From: Eledone cirrhosa
Lineage: Eukaryota
Assembly (NCBI GenBank): GCA_964016885.1
Contig: OZ024756.1
Coordinates: forward strand, 22,754,001 to 22,818,000
Direction: 5' to 3'
DNA length: 64,000 nt
The notes under the pieces are model-generated. The model saw only the letters and a program-made list of their open reading frames with translations. It made no database searches and was not told the origin of the DNA. Positions 1-13,040 of this stretch are shown one piece after another. Within the stretch, counting starts at the first letter, position 1. The number at the start of each line of letters is the position of its first letter. A program made the position numbers and the translations under genes.

Positions 1-21
1 TATATATATATATATATATAT

Positions 22-520
22 ATGAATGTATATATAGTGTATTTTGCAATACACTGTATGCTTCATTAAAAACATTTCGAAGACCTTATGCTATTGTTTT
101 AGAGTAGTGACAGACTTACTTACTTTAATTTTCACCAAACACGGGAGATAAAGCTGACAGGGCCCTGTTTCGCATTTATTGATGCTTATCAAAGCCAACT
201 ACTCCTCCTGTTTGCTGAAATCATGGATGTTTAGTTCTTATAGAATTTCAATTCCTGCTTGACCGGCAACCGCTCTGTACAATCAGTTCCTGATTATTTA
301 CTAGAATTCTATAAGAACCAAACATCCATGATTTCAGCAAACAAGAGGAGTAGTTGGCTTTGATCAATAAATGTGAAACAGGGCCCTGTCAGCTTTATCT
401 CCCCTGTTTGCTGAAAATTAAAGTGAGTCTGTCACTACTCCAAAACATTAGCATAAGGTCTTCGAAATGCTTTTAATTAAGCATACAGTGTATTGCAAAA
501 TACACTATATATACATTCAT
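22..520. mobile_element. Fold-back (inverted repeat) element in (TA)n; arms ~22-247 and ~305-520
   Basis: Arms are reverse complements (e.g. GAATGTATATATAGTGTATTTTGCAATACAC / GTGTATTGCAAAATACACTATATATACATTC) with scattered substitutions and small indels, ~57-bp loop, TA tracts on both sides. PLE end versus MITE is not resolved. Confidence 0.75.
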
Positions 521-554
521 ATATATATATAGCTATTTCAGAGTACCAATTCTA

Positions 555-641
<87 letters not shown>

Positions 642-676
642 TATATTCATATATATATATATTTATTTATTTATTC

Positions 677-723
<47 letters not shown>

Positions 724-1459
724 TTTTATTATAGAAATAACCTCTACAGGATTAGAACTGTTTCACTCATGAGAAATCGTTTGGTCTTAATCTATTACTC
801 CATCTTATCTATTTTTTTAAGACAAGAAAGAAGAGGAGGCAAAACAAGATAGTCATTGGGGAGGTCACAGAATGCGTGACAAAAGAAAATTGACGGGCTA
901 AACAAAAAACTATTACAGATAAAATTAAAACCATATGGTTCATGTGCGTTTTATTGGCAATAATTGCAACATGAACATCCCCAATAACAATATCAGTTTC
1001 AACACACGATTTCACATCAAGAATCGTACAAAATAAATACATAAGTATAAATTGTATTTTAATTTTTGTTTTACTTTATTTAAACATTTATTGGATAACC
1101 AAAAGGTGGGGGAATGCTTTTTGTATATTTATATTTGGGGAGGGTCATGTTCTAATATTGCTAGAAAAAAAAATAAAGTAAAACACACTCACTGTTTAAG
1201 TCATAATTATTATATAAATTGTCTCATTGACCCCCATCGTGACATTCCGAACCCCTATGTTTCCCTATTTTTAACAAATGACCCATCTGACCCTCCCAGG
1301 GTCTCTAAAGAGGCGGTAGCGCCCATTTTAGGAATCAGTATATTGAATCAACGATAACATGAGATTTGTAATATTAAGAAATTAAGCACATAGACGTGTT
1401 ACTGTTGTGAACAAAGGGAGAGAGAGGGGGGAGTAAAACAAAAAGATATAAAACCGAAT

Positions 1460-1974
1460 AGGTATGTGTATGTTTGTGTGTATGTGTATTTGTTTGCGCA
1501 TGCGTTAGAGTGTGTGTGCGTATGTATTTATGTTTGTGTCTATATGTGTGGACGTGTGTGAGTTTGTGTGTATGTATGTATATATGTTTGTGTGTATGTA
1601 TGTATATATTTATATATGTATGTGTGCATGTGCGTGTCTGTGTGTGTATGTATATATGTGTGGGCGTACGTGTGTGTGTATGTGTGTATGTATATATGTA
1701 TATATTTATGTATGTATGTGCATGTGCGTGTTTGTGCATGCATGTATGTGTGGGTGTACGTGTGGGCGTGTGTGTGTATTTGTGTATGTATGTATGTATA
1801 TATTTATGTATGTGAGTGTTTGTGTATGTATGTATATATGTGTGCGTGTACGTGTGGGTATGTGTGTGTATATGTGTGTAAGTATGTATATATTTATGTA
1901 TGTATGCCTGTGCGTGTGTGAGTAGGTGTCTCTGTATATGTGTGCGTGCATGTATGTATGTATGTATGTATATG

Positions 1975-2007
<33 letters not shown>

Positions 2008-2340
2008 GCTTGTATGCGTACATGTGTGTGTGTGTCTGTATCTGTGTGTGTGTCTCTCTCTCTCTCTCTGTCTGCCCCCTCCCCCTCTCTCTCTCTTTAC
2101 ATACGTGCTTGTGTGTGTGTGTCTCTCTCTCTCTCTGTCTGTCTGACCCCTCTCTCTCTCTCTCTTTTTACATACGTGCTTGTGTGTGTGTCTGTCTGTG
2201 TGTCTCTCTCTCTCTGTCTGACCCCCTCTCTGTCTCTTTACATATGTGCTTCTGTTTGTGTGTGTCTCTCTCTCTGTCTGACCCCCTCTCTCTCTCTTTC
2301 TCTCTCTCTCTCTCTTTACATACGTGTGCGTCTGTGTCTG

Positions 2341-2403
<63 letters not shown>

Positions 2404-2900
2404 ATCTCTCTGTCTTACCCCCTCTCTCTTTACATGCGTGCTTGTGTGCGTCTGTGTCTGTATCTCTCTCTCTCTCTCTCCCTATCTCTCTGTCTTACCC
2501 CCTCTCTCTTTGCATGCGTGCTTGTGTGTGTCTGTCTCTCTCTCTCTCTCTCTCTCTCCCTATCTCTATGTCTTACCCCCTCTCTCTTTACATGCGTGCT
2601 TGTGTGTGTCTGTCTCTCTCTCTCTTTTATTCTCTCCCTTTCTCTCTGGCTTACCCCCTCTTTCTTTACATGCGTGCTTGTGTGTGTCTGTCTGTCTCTC
2701 TCTCTCTCTCCCTATCTCTCTGTCTTACTCCTTCTCTCTTTACATGCGCGCTTGTGTGTGTCTGTCTCTCTCTCTCTCCCCCTCTCTCTTTACATGCGTG
2801 CTTGTTTGTGTCTGTGTGTGTCTCTCTGTCTTACCCTCTCTCTCTGTCTTACCCTCTCTCTCCCTCCCTCTCTCTCTACGTCTGTGCCTGTGTGTGCCTG
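1460..2900. repeat. Compound (GT)/(GTAT) then (CT)/(GT) low-complexity minisatellite
   Basis: Recurrent TTTACATGCGTGCTTGTGTGTGTC and TGTCTTACCCCCTCTCTC units; explains the long V/C/L/S ORFs. Confidence 0.9.
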
Positions 2901-3268
2901 TTACTGTGCATCAGAGTATCGCAGCCTTAGGTATACACACATTTTCGTTACATTGGAGTAAAAGGCTAATTTTCCGGCTGTTGTAATTTCAAGACAGTTT
3001 TTTTATGGTAGTTTTGTTCTTCTATTTGGCTTTTCTGTTTGTGTTTCTGATAAATCTTTAAACGAATTACCGAAATCTCAACAAAATAATCACAAAAATA
3101 CAAGTATTGTAATCATGCCAATGTATTTGAAACAAGTAGAAAATAACTTAGAAAAAAACCACCACGTTAACGTGACCAATGAGATTTTTGTAGCTCGGCA
3201 AAAATGTGTGTGGCATTAATTACAATTGCAATCAACAGATATAAATGCCCAGACACCTCTTCACCTGA

Positions 3269-3353
<85 letters not shown>

Positions 3354-3620
3354 CCTTTCTTCTTCCCACCTACTAAGATTGATTCGTTAAATATTGACAT
3401 GTTTAAAATTTAATGACGTTTAAAATTTAATGACGTTCGGCTCAATTAAGCGCAAGAACGTGGGTAGATTATGGAGACAATATGTGATGTGGACAATAAA
3501 TACAATAAATTAGAGGACATTTGATAAAACAGGACTGTTGGATAGTTTATTGTAATTGAGTTTATATAATGTAACAAAATAGCTGAGCCACCGGTCTAGC
3601 GATCGGAGAAGGAACACGCA

Positions 3621-3677
<57 letters not shown>

Positions 3678-3678
<1 letters not shown>

Positions 3679-3795
3679 CAAACTATCAAGATTAAATATA
3701 CATACCAACACATATATACGCCGTCTTCAGAAATAATTATTTCTGAAGACGGCGTATATATGTGTTGGTATGTATATTTAATCTTGATAGTTTGT
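3678..3795. repeat. Perfect 118-bp palindrome with no loop
   Basis: Centre AAATAA|TTATTT at 3736/3737; arms ACAAACTATCAAGATT...TCTTCAG / CTGAAGA...AATCTTGATAGTTTGT. Confidence 0.9.
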
Positions 3796-3883
3796 ATTAT
3801 TTTGTATAATTTTGTACATAGATCTGTTGAATATGCATGCCAATTCTAACACATATATATCCTAGAAACGATCGTTAAATAAT
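3736..3883 (+). ncRNA. Type I hammerhead ribozyme motif with very long helix II
   Basis: Stem I ATTATTT(3736-42)/AAATAAT(3877-83); CTGAAGA 3743-49; helix II TATATATGTGTT/AACACATATATA and GGTATGTATATTTAA/TTGAATATGCATGCC; GAAA 3865-68; palindromic helix III A-CGATCG-T; GUU cleavage triplet. Confidence 0.7.
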
Positions 3884-4080
3884 GAACTTTTTTTGTTTAA
3901 TATAAGGAACTGTTTCATTGTTTTATTCATTATTTGTTTAATATTTTATCTTGACTCTGTATACCGTTTATCTTTCACCGAAAGTGATTTTTCATTACAT
4001 CTCTTCTTTCCATGATATCCGGAATACATTGAGTTCTTCATACGGATTGGACACTACCGTAAACTCTTGGTAGATTTATC

Positions 4081-4112
<32 letters not shown>

Positions 4113-4340
4113 CGTAAATATTTATATATATATATATATATATATACGTAAATATTTATAAGTCGTTTGGAAGCCTCGACAATGCAAATGGGTAAATCTC
4201 CGGGTAACAGGGTCCGGTGTAGGAGAGAGAGAGATATGTAAGTGGGTGTACGTTGAGATGCATGGTGTGTATAAGATGTGTGAGATGTGTAGAATGAAGG
4301 GAAGAGTGAAAGTGTAAAAATAATAATAACAACACATATA

Positions 4341-4660
4341 CTATGGCGGGTAAAATTCCCGAGATCGATGGACGAAGTCTCTCAAGCGGTCTCTGTCCCT
4401 CATCATCGCTGCCATGTCCTGCGTCTCCAACAGACCAGTGTCTGTCCTTAGGGCATCAGCATACGTTAAACTTGGTCTTCCTCTTCCAGTGTGTCCATGT
4501 AGGGGCTCCCACAGGAGCACTGAGTGCAATGTCAACTCTGTCGATGGGTGTGGGGCTGAGACTAAATCTGATAGAGAATGTTGAGAAGCCAGAGGGGGTC
4601 ACTAATGTAGGCGGGAAGCCGCTAGAATTGGTTGAAGACTTCCTGTATTTGGGAGCAAAG
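4341..4660. mobile_element. RTE-like LINE fragment with 5' inversion (3' end on minus 4341-~4540; upstream RT piece on plus ~4545-4660)
   Basis: Minus: LLWEPLHGHTGRGRPSLTYADALRTDTGL (LINE ORF C-terminus). Plus: GLRLN...[16 protein letters not shown] (RT motif of the LE.V..F.YLG type). Confidence 0.7.
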
Positions 4661-4749
<89 letters not shown>

Positions 4750-4764
4750 ATATGTGTGTGTAAC

Positions 4765-4915
4765 AAAAGATGTGTGGCAAGGAACCAGGTGGACCATAAC
4801 GCACCAGAGTACTCGATACTTAGGGTAGGTAGTAGAGTGGATAATAGGAAAATGTTCAGGACCTCGACGGCTGAGCTCCGGCCGTTTCGACAGCTAGATC
4901 TGAACAGTTCGGATA
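4765..4915 (-). mobile_element. PLE-like terminal fragment, family B (3' half of a hammerhead)
   Basis: GGAACCAGGTGGACCATAACGCACCAGAGTACTC shared with 7761, 10704, 35006, 42821, 50678, 52890; minus strand reads GAAA-CGGC-loop-GCCG-TC. Confidence 0.6.
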
Positions 4916-5201
4916 TATATATAGAAATAGATATATATGCAGGGAGTTGAACTTGACGTTACTGTAGGTTACTGAGCACTCGATCTTTACGATCAATATA
5001 TGAATGCGAAACCTTACAGACATTTCTATGGTTTATATGTTCCTCCTGTCATTACATCAGCAGAGATCCGACGAGCTTTTGATTCCAAAGTCGGGTCAGA
5101 TCGATACAGATCGAACCTTGAGCTGATCAATAGCGAAATGCGCATAACCAATCAATGCAATAAACGTAATGAAGGTATAACAAATCATCCTTGTAATATA
5201 C

Positions 5202-5252
<51 letters not shown>

Positions 5253-5378
5253 CGAAACATAAGTCAATTGCATGACCTCATAATCCTTTATTTACTGCTA
5301 TATATATTTTGATGATAGCCATTGAATGGCTATGACCTCATCAGACAGTTTAGTCAGTTCTTAGATATGCCAGCTCTG

Positions 5379-5448
<70 letters not shown>

Positions 5449-5639
5449 ATTTGAGATAGAGAGAGAGTCTAAGTCAGTGTTGCAGCATATCTATTTAGAA
5501 ATTGATCAGCTCAGTGTACCATCAAACTGACATCTCGTCAGATATGCGAGTGTTGTATGTGCAAAGACACATCTAAACTGACACGTGCCCCCTGTAACAG
5601 TAGTTACACACATAACTAATATATATGCATACATATATA

Positions 5640-5687
<48 letters not shown>

Positions 5688-5763
5688 ATTGGTGTTGGAT
5701 GCTTAAAGCGTCTGGATGCGGTAGGCCGTATGAACACTCGATGTCCTCGTAGAGCAGAGCATG

Positions 5764-5962
5764 ATATCACAGAAAAAAGAGAATCAGTGTTAAGACGAAT
5801 GGAATTTATTGGACATATTACAATCGGTTCTCGGGCGACCAGCTCGAAGCACGATTGATGTGGTGATCAAACCTGACTCTGAAATCGAGCTGGTCGCCCG
5901 AGAAACAATTGTAAAATGTCCAATAAATTCCTTTCGACGCAACACTGATTCTCTTTTTTCTA

Positions 5963-5968
<6 letters not shown>
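5764..5968. mobile_element. Fold-back PLE-like end, family F-related
   Basis: Imperfect ~85-bp arms; right arm has GAAA-CAATTG-TA (5902-5913), the same palindromic helix-III motif as in 16980-17380. Confidence 0.6.
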
Positions 5969-6019
<51 letters not shown>

Positions 6020-6199
6020 TAACATATTGTATGTTGGTTAATTTCCCTATAACTATAGAGTACTCAACTTATCGAGCTCGATGATGCCAATCACGTATAT
6101 GAGATGTAGAATTTGCTTCGAAAACATTCCCGGTGGCAGTTTTTTATATTAAGTGTTTCAGCACTCTCCTTTCCTTTACCTTTCCTATGGAAACACTTA

Positions 6200-6258
<59 letters not shown>

Positions 6259-6472
6259 AAAATTAAGATAAATCAAAATGAATTTAATCTAAATCAAAAT
6301 TACTGGTGTCATGCCAGAAACGCATGCGCCATATCACCCGTAAAATAAGCTCTAAGTTTCTAATGAATAGGTCCGAGCATTTTATAACAACTAGCTATGT
6401 GTGCTTGCACACTTGTAAAAATTATCCCGTGATTGTTTCATATGTTTATTTATATGTTAATCAATTTCTAGT

Positions 6473-6566
<94 letters not shown>

Positions 6567-6684
6567 TTATATATATATTAAAAACAATAGAAGGCCGGGC
6601 CGGAAACTTTATATATTCTTCAATAACCTAGTTTTATACCCATTGTTAAACAACCATATATACATATGTGTGTGTGTGTGTGTG

Positions 6685-6860
6685 TGTGTAAAAAGTAATC
6701 AGAAATGACAAAGCAAACGACACAGTACAATGAAAAGATATATTAGTTTAACGCTTGAAATAATAGGAAAATAGTCTTAACGATTCTGACACTAGTCCTT
6801 CATCAGAAGATAAAATGGGAAATAAATGATGAAATAGAAAAATAAAGAATATTAAGTCAG
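6685..6860 (-). mobile_element. PLE-like end, family G, with degenerate minimal hammerhead at 6775-6810
   Basis: Minus: TCTT CTGATGA AGGACTAGTGTCA GAAT CGTT AAGA; homologous to 10970-11150, 40980-41180, 58500-58670 and 35700-35910. Confidence 0.6.
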
Positions 6861-7717
6861 CTATTTGTCTTTATGTGTGTGTGTGTGTATGTGTGTGTGT
6901 GTATGTGTGTGTGTATGTATGTGTGTGTATGTGTGTGTGTGTGTGTGTGTGTATGTACGTGTGTTTGTCAGAGACGTTAGTGTAGTGCGTCGGGTAAAAT
7001 GCTATGTATTATTCTTCCGGGATATCAGTATAAATCCTGCTGACGTCGAATCTGCTTTTCAGCTTTTTGGGGCCGAGAAATAATGACCAGTTCAGGAACA
7101 TATACGTTTATTCTTCCTCTACTTCTTCTTCTTTTTCTTATTCTCCTTCTATCCACCTCACTCACTCTCCATCTGTCCTGCTCCTTATCTACATATCTAT
7201 CTGTTTCTGTATTTGAAAGACATCGTCACCGGTCCGACTTTGAAAGGAACGGGACTGTGCCAGATATTAAGTGGTTTTGCCTTCATATATAACGTACGTC
7301 TGTCATAATCAACGGAAATTAATAATTAATTTCAGCAGATTCATTAAATATTTCTTCTGAAATTCGACGAGCTTTTATTCTTCTGTGATCGATGAATTCA
7401 TAGCTACTGAAGTAGTGAAAGTTGATATAAACCTCTGTTCACCTCCAACCCAGCTACGCTACACTAACTGCACGGATTTATTTTATCTTCTGTTATTAAA
7501 TTTAAGTCGTTTACGTTTCATAATAAAATGGCTGCTGATTTAAAGGTTGCTCTCTGAATCGGCCAGGGTTCAATAAAATATATATAAAGTAATATTCAAG
7601 TGTTATTGGGATATATAGAATGGTCGATTCTTTTCTCTGAAATTTAAGCTATTCTCCTTAAGAAAACATGTATATATATATATATATATATACATGTGTT
7701 TGTTTATCTCTCTCTCT

Positions 7718-7760
<43 letters not shown>

Positions 7761-7763
<3 letters not shown>

Positions 7764-7965
7764 AAGGTGTTGTAAGATACCAGGTGGTCAATACGCACCA
7801 GAGTACTCGATTCTTAGGGTAGTAGAGTGGGTAATAGGAAAATAGTCAAGACGCCGACGGCTGAACTCCGGCCATTTCGACAGCTAGATCTGAACGTTCA
7901 GATCTAGCTGCCGAAACAGCCGGAGCTCAGCCGTCGGGGTCCTGACTCTTTTGCTCCTCTGGGGT
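7761..7965. mobile_element. PLE-like family B copy folding back in putative helix II
   Basis: TTTCGACAGCTAGATCTGAAC/GTTCAGATCTAGCTGCCGAAA hairpin centre; abuts (TA)n. Confidence 0.65.
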
Positions 7966-8044
7966 TCTCATATATTTGATATATATTTATCCTTATCGAG
8001 CCCTCTTTGTATTTTAGTCTTGGCTATTATTATTATTGCTATAT

Positions 8045-8178
8045 ATAGTTACGGCCCTTGCCATTCTGAGTTCAAATCCCGCCGAGGTTAACTTTGCCTT
8101 TCGTCCTTACGGGGTCGATACAATAAAGTACCAGTAATGCACTGGGTAACTGCTGGCCTTGTGCCAAAAGTAGAAATA
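8045..8178 (+). mobile_element. tRNA-derived SINE family 1, 5'-truncated
   Basis: B box GAGTTCAAATCC, core CTTTCGTCCTTACGGGGTCGATA, tail GGCCTTGTGCCAAAAGTAGAAA(TAA). Confidence 0.85.
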
Positions 8179-8306
8179 ATTATTATTACTATATGTGTGT
8201 GTGTGTGTGTGCGTGTGTGTGGGGGGGGCGTGTGCGTGTACGTGTGTGTGTGTATAGTTATATTTGAGGAGGGTAATATTGTAATAATATTGCCAGAGAT
8301 AATAAT

Positions 8307-8426
8307 TGTTTCTCCTTTAGGCACAAGGCCAGCAATTACCCAGTGCATTACTGGTACTTTATTGTATCGACCCCGTAAGGATGAAAAGCAAAGTCAACCT
8401 CGGCGGGATTTGAACTCAGATTTGAA
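8307..8426 (-). mobile_element. SINE family 1, 5'-truncated, 13-bp TSD, nested in a family C fragment
   Basis: TSD CAGAGATAATAAT at 8294-8306 and 8427-8439. Confidence 0.85.
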
Positions 8427-8879
8427 CAGAGATAATAATAAATCACACTCACTGTTTGATTTGGATTGGTTTTCGCTTCTGTGTCTTTTATATCTCCATA
8501 GTTAACTTATCTGTCAATCAATGTTTCTGTTCGATTGACCAACGGTGAAAGATATTCAAAACAACTAACAGCGGAGGACGCGTTTCGCACCTTTCCGACA
8601 GACAACCTTTCCCCCACCCCGGAAAAAAACCCCAGTTGATGGATGTGAATCCGAAATATATAGGGACAATTAAATCTCTCCCAAGGTAACTCTCTCTCGT
8701 GTTGTTATTTTAATTTTATCCTTTATGCTCTTTCCTTCATTCCTCTAAACGTCTTATACACTCCACGCATCTCAACGTACACCTACTTACATCTCTCTCT
8801 CCACCACCGGATCTTGTTACCCGGAGATTTACCCATTTGCATTGTCGAGGCTTCCAAACGACTTAAAGAAATTTACCTT

Positions 8880-8993
8880 AGTATATATATTATATATATA
8901 TAATATATATAACATTATATATATTATGTAAATATATATATATATATATATAATATATAACATTATATATATTATATATATATAATATATAAC

Positions 8994-9036
<43 letters not shown>

Positions 9037-9074
9037 ACATTATATATATTATATATATATAATATATAACATTA

Positions 9075-9106
<32 letters not shown>

Positions 9107-9120
9107 TTAATATTTATATA
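8880..9120. repeat. TA-rich minisatellite (TAATATATAACATTATAT units)
   Basis: Five recurrences of the AATATATAACATTA core inside (TA)n. Confidence 0.8.
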
Positions 9121-9991
9121 TATTATATATAGATAATGTCTATATATATATACGTACATTTATATACGTATCATATATATATATGTATATATATATATAA
9201 CATGTCTATATATATATATACGTACATTTATATATATATATATTTATATATAAAATGTCTATGTATATGCGTACATTTATATATATATTTATATATATTA
9301 TGGACACACATATATTATATATATATATATACAGATATCTTAGTTTACGGGCAACTGAACTTGGTAGGAAGGAGGAAAAAAATATTTACAAACTTGAGAC
9401 CTTAACCAAGAGCCTGCATCTCAGACTTGCCACTCAATTTTCCTTTGTTGAAATTAAATGTGCTATAATATTTAAATTGTAGTGTCATGGAGTGTTTCTT
9501 TAAAAGAGTAAAATGGAAAGAGAGCCAACAATGACATGTTTCACTAGATAAATTCCAAATGATGCAGAAACCTAAACTAAAACGCAAGAGACTTTTTAAA
9601 TGACATCTTGAAAATAACAAAAAAAAAATAAAGATTAACTATGATTATATATATTCTATAACGTATTAAAGGATTTGATGCGGAAAAAACTCAGAAAGGA
9701 AAAATATTGACATTTTCATTTAAATGCCTCTAACTCAATGAGGTTTATTAGGAAAAATAAAACAGAACCACTTGGCATTTTGAAATCTAGTCTAAAATTG
9801 GAGAATTTTGACACCCTTTGCAATATATATATATATATATATTGTTATACTTTGGGAGAGTCATGTTGCCAATAAGAAACACACGCACCAGTTGCTTTCA
9901 CTTCAATTTATTGTAATAAATTTATAAATTTAAGAATTTATAAATTTCCGTTGGTTGGTTGGTTCCACAACCAGATGATTGTTTATATATT

Positions 9992-10035
9992 GTCAAAGTT
10001 CTTTTCGTCACACAATCTGTGACCTCCTCAGTGAC
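9992..10035 (-). ncRNA. Minimal type I hammerhead motif (family C)
   Basis: Minus: GTCA CTGAGGA G GTCAC AGATTGT GTGAC GAAA AGAAC TT TGAC; helix III is weak. Degenerate homologues at 852-894 (+) and 10488-10530 (+). Confidence 0.6.
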
Positions 10036-10083
10036 TGGGGACTGAATACATATATGTATATATGTGTGTGTGTGCGTGTGTGT

Positions 10084-10137
<54 letters not shown>

Positions 10138-10220
10138 ACAAATCAAATCAACTTTTTAAATGGAAGTTGAAGTTGTAAGGTATGTCAAATCTATCTATTT
10201 ATAAGACTGTTTATATTGTA

Positions 10221-10282
10221 TTTTGTCTGTTGAAGGCATACCATAATTTTAATATGATATCCCTGAAATATATATAATGAAA
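10221..10282 (+). ncRNA. Degenerate hammerhead (CTGTTGA), homologue of 45078-45139
   Basis: TTTTGT CTGTTGA ... GAAA TATATA TA ATGAAA. Confidence 0.5.
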
Positions 10283-10324
10283 TAAATATCGTTTTATAAA
10301 TATCGTTTCCATTTATTTAATATC

Positions 10325-10360
<36 letters not shown>

Positions 10361-10364
10361 TTCG

Positions 10365-10657
10365 TTTTTTAATTTGTTTTGCAAGATTTCTTATGTGAAA
10401 ACGTGTGTTGAAAGAGATATTTTGGGAAGGTCCTGCTGCCAATAAAGACACACGCACCTGTTGGTTTTCACTTCAATTTATTATAAAGTCACGGAGGAGG
10501 TCACAGAATGTGTGACGAAAGAGCTTTGACAAGATATAAACAACCATCCGGTTATCGAACCAACTAACCAACCAGCCAACGAAGCGGATACTTGTGATAA
10601 ATTGAAGTGAAAACCAACAGGTGCGTGTGTTTTTATTGACAGCATGACCCTCCAAAG

Positions 10658-10662
<5 letters not shown>
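10365..10662. mobile_element. Fold-back PLE-like element, family C
   Basis: Arms TTTGGGAAGGTCCTGCTGCCAATAAAGACACACGCACCTGTTGGTTTTCACTTCAATTTAT / reverse complement at 10597-10656; hammerhead remnant in the loop. Family also at 809-1050, 1130-1220, 9843-10045, 33056-33670. Confidence 0.7.
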
Positions 10663-10973
<311 letters not shown>

Positions 10974-11152
10974 GGTAAACAGAAATAACAACACAATCGG
11001 TACAGGGATATATTAGGTTAACGCTTGATATAGCAGGAAAAGGGTCTTAACGTTTTGGATGCTACTCGTTCATCAGAAGAAAGAATGAGAAATAAGATAG
11101 ATTGAGGGGACGGGCGGGTTGGAATTTTAAAAATGTCTTTAGATAAAAATAA

Positions 11153-11228
<76 letters not shown>

Positions 11229-11549
11229 TGTGTATGCGCCTGGGTGTGTGTTTGTGTGTGCCTGTATGTGTGTGTGTGTGTGTAAGATGTTAATCAATGA
11301 AATGAGTGAATGTTTGAGGCGCAGTTTCTCTTTTTTTTAATAATTCTCGTTGAAACTATTATAATATTGGCCGTTTGTCTTTTCATTTCGCATACAAACA
11401 GTCTATTTTCAGATTGACAAACATTACTAATTTCGCCGTTTCTTTTAACGCTGGTGAGTCTGTTAATTCAGTTACTAAGCTCTGCCATTCCTAGTGATTC
11501 TTAACAATATACCATATCCCCTCCATTAGAAATGCTGTCCCTATATCAC

Positions 11550-11627
11550 GAGAAGAAGAAGAAGAAGAAGAAGAAGAAGAAGAAGAAGAAGAAGAAGAAG
11601 AAGAAGAAGAAGAAGAAGAAGAAGAAG

Positions 11628-11657
<30 letters not shown>
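11550..11657. repeat. (GAA)n microsatellite
   Basis: Pure GAA run; source of the poly-Leu ORF. Confidence 0.97.
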
Positions 11658-11658
<1 letters not shown>

Positions 11659-11834
11659 GGTGGTGACGACGGCGACGACAACAAGAAGAAAGCATCATGG
11701 ATAATTTTAGAAGTTCTTGACATTATATTTAGGTTACGGAAATGTCGAGAATTAACTCTATTACGGTGACAAAAAGAATGGAACCACAAAACAGTCACTG
11801 TCACATCCCAATTAGAATTAAATTGTATTATTGC

Positions 11835-12020
11835 ATGGATTGGCAGTATCGTTAGAGGGTCGGACACCATGCTTTGCAACAATGAATTACGGCCCTTTAT
11901 GGTCTGAGTTCAAATCCTGCCGAGGTTAACTTTGCCTCTCATCCTTACGGGATCGATAAAATAAAGTACCAGTAATGTACTGGATAATTGCTGGCCTTGT
12001 GCCAAAAGAAGAAATAATTA
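11835..12020 (+). mobile_element. SINE family 1
   Basis: A box TGGCAGTATCG, B box GAGTTCAAATCC, conserved core and tail. Confidence 0.88.
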
Positions 12021-12147
12021 TTGCATTCTCTGTATATGCAATGGCTAATAGTTGACTGGAAACCTTTGAAGATTTTTTAAATGTTCTTAAGAACTCATAT
12101 TACGGAATTGAGTGTATTGTTTGTTTTCATTATTCTTCTACTCATTA

Positions 12148-12347
12148 GGGCGGTGGATTGGAAGTATCGGATATCGGTAGAGGGTCGGACGCCATGCTTT
12201 GTAGCATAGAGTTACGCCCCTTTACGGTCTGAGTTCAGATCCCGCCGAGGTTAACTTTGCCTTTCATCCTTATGGGGTCGATAAAATAAAGTACCAGTAA
12301 TGCATTGGGATAATTGCTGGCCTTGTGCCTAAAAGTAGAAACAATTA
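12148..12347 (+). mobile_element. SINE family 1, full length
   Basis: GGGCGGTGGATTGG start, B box, tail; flanking duplication ATTATTCTTCTACT at 12129-12142 and 12344-12357. Confidence 0.88.
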
Positions 12348-12609
12348 TTCTTCTACTTTGTTTCAATTAATTGGATTGTGGCCATGCTGGGACAATGATT
12401 CCTAAATCACAGTCGATTACATTTATAACCACCAATATTTAGGCTGCCGACGTCTGAGAAAAATGAAATAGACCTAGGTGGATGTAGATATCAGAAAGCC
12501 TTCTTCTTCTTACCAACTTTTTACTTCAGCTATACGAATGTATCCTACATTTACGAGTTGTTATATCATCATTGATTTTGATGACTTTACTTTAAGTCAA
12601 TCGAATTAC

Positions 12610-13040
12610 TGCACTGGGGCTTGGAGAACACAACCAGAAAGATGTGGTCCGAACGTGGCAGAGCCGAACTGGCACTGTCATCACCTCCATCTCTCTCGCC
12701 CTCCCCATCTCTCCGTATGGTAAGCATGCCTCCCCCCCCCCCCCCCACAGCCCCGGCGGACAGAATGGAGAAGGCGTTTCCCGGGATTTATCTTCTTCTT
12801 CAGTCATTCCTCCAACGAAGGTGAATCATGCACTGGGGCTTGGAGAACACAACCAGAAAGATGTGGTCCGAACGTGGCAGAGCCGAACTCGCACTGTCAT
12901 CACCTCCATCTCTCTCGCCCTCCCCATCTCTCCGTATGGTAAGCATGCCTCCCCCCACAGCCCCGGCGGACAGAATGGAGAAGGCGTTTCCCGGGATTTA
13001 TCTTCTTCTTCAGTCATTCCTCCAACGAAGGTGAATCATG
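12610..13040. repeat. Near-perfect tandem duplication (~219 + ~211 bp) of a GC-richer segment
   Basis: Units start TGCACTGGGGCTTGGAG at 12610 and 12829; they differ mainly in poly-C length. Confidence 0.9.

Noticed and set aside
1374-2986. Long ORFs (up to 353 aa) rich in C/V/L/S/Y
   Set aside because: Translations of (GT)n/(CT)n repeats, open in several frames, with no domain content. The same holds for the YI-, HT- and RE-repeat ORFs throughout the window.
8630-8665. Hammerhead-like CCC CAGTTGA T GGAT GTGA ATCC GAAA TATA TA GGG
   Set aside because: Stems fit but two core substitutions (positions 4 and 6); probably a dead relic, so not reported as a feature.
12770-12806. CTGAAGA...GAAA on minus as a hammerhead
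   Set aside because: No helix II or contiguous stem I. Similar isolated CTGANGA hits near 18003, 18365, 22792, 35748 and 47846 were also dropped.
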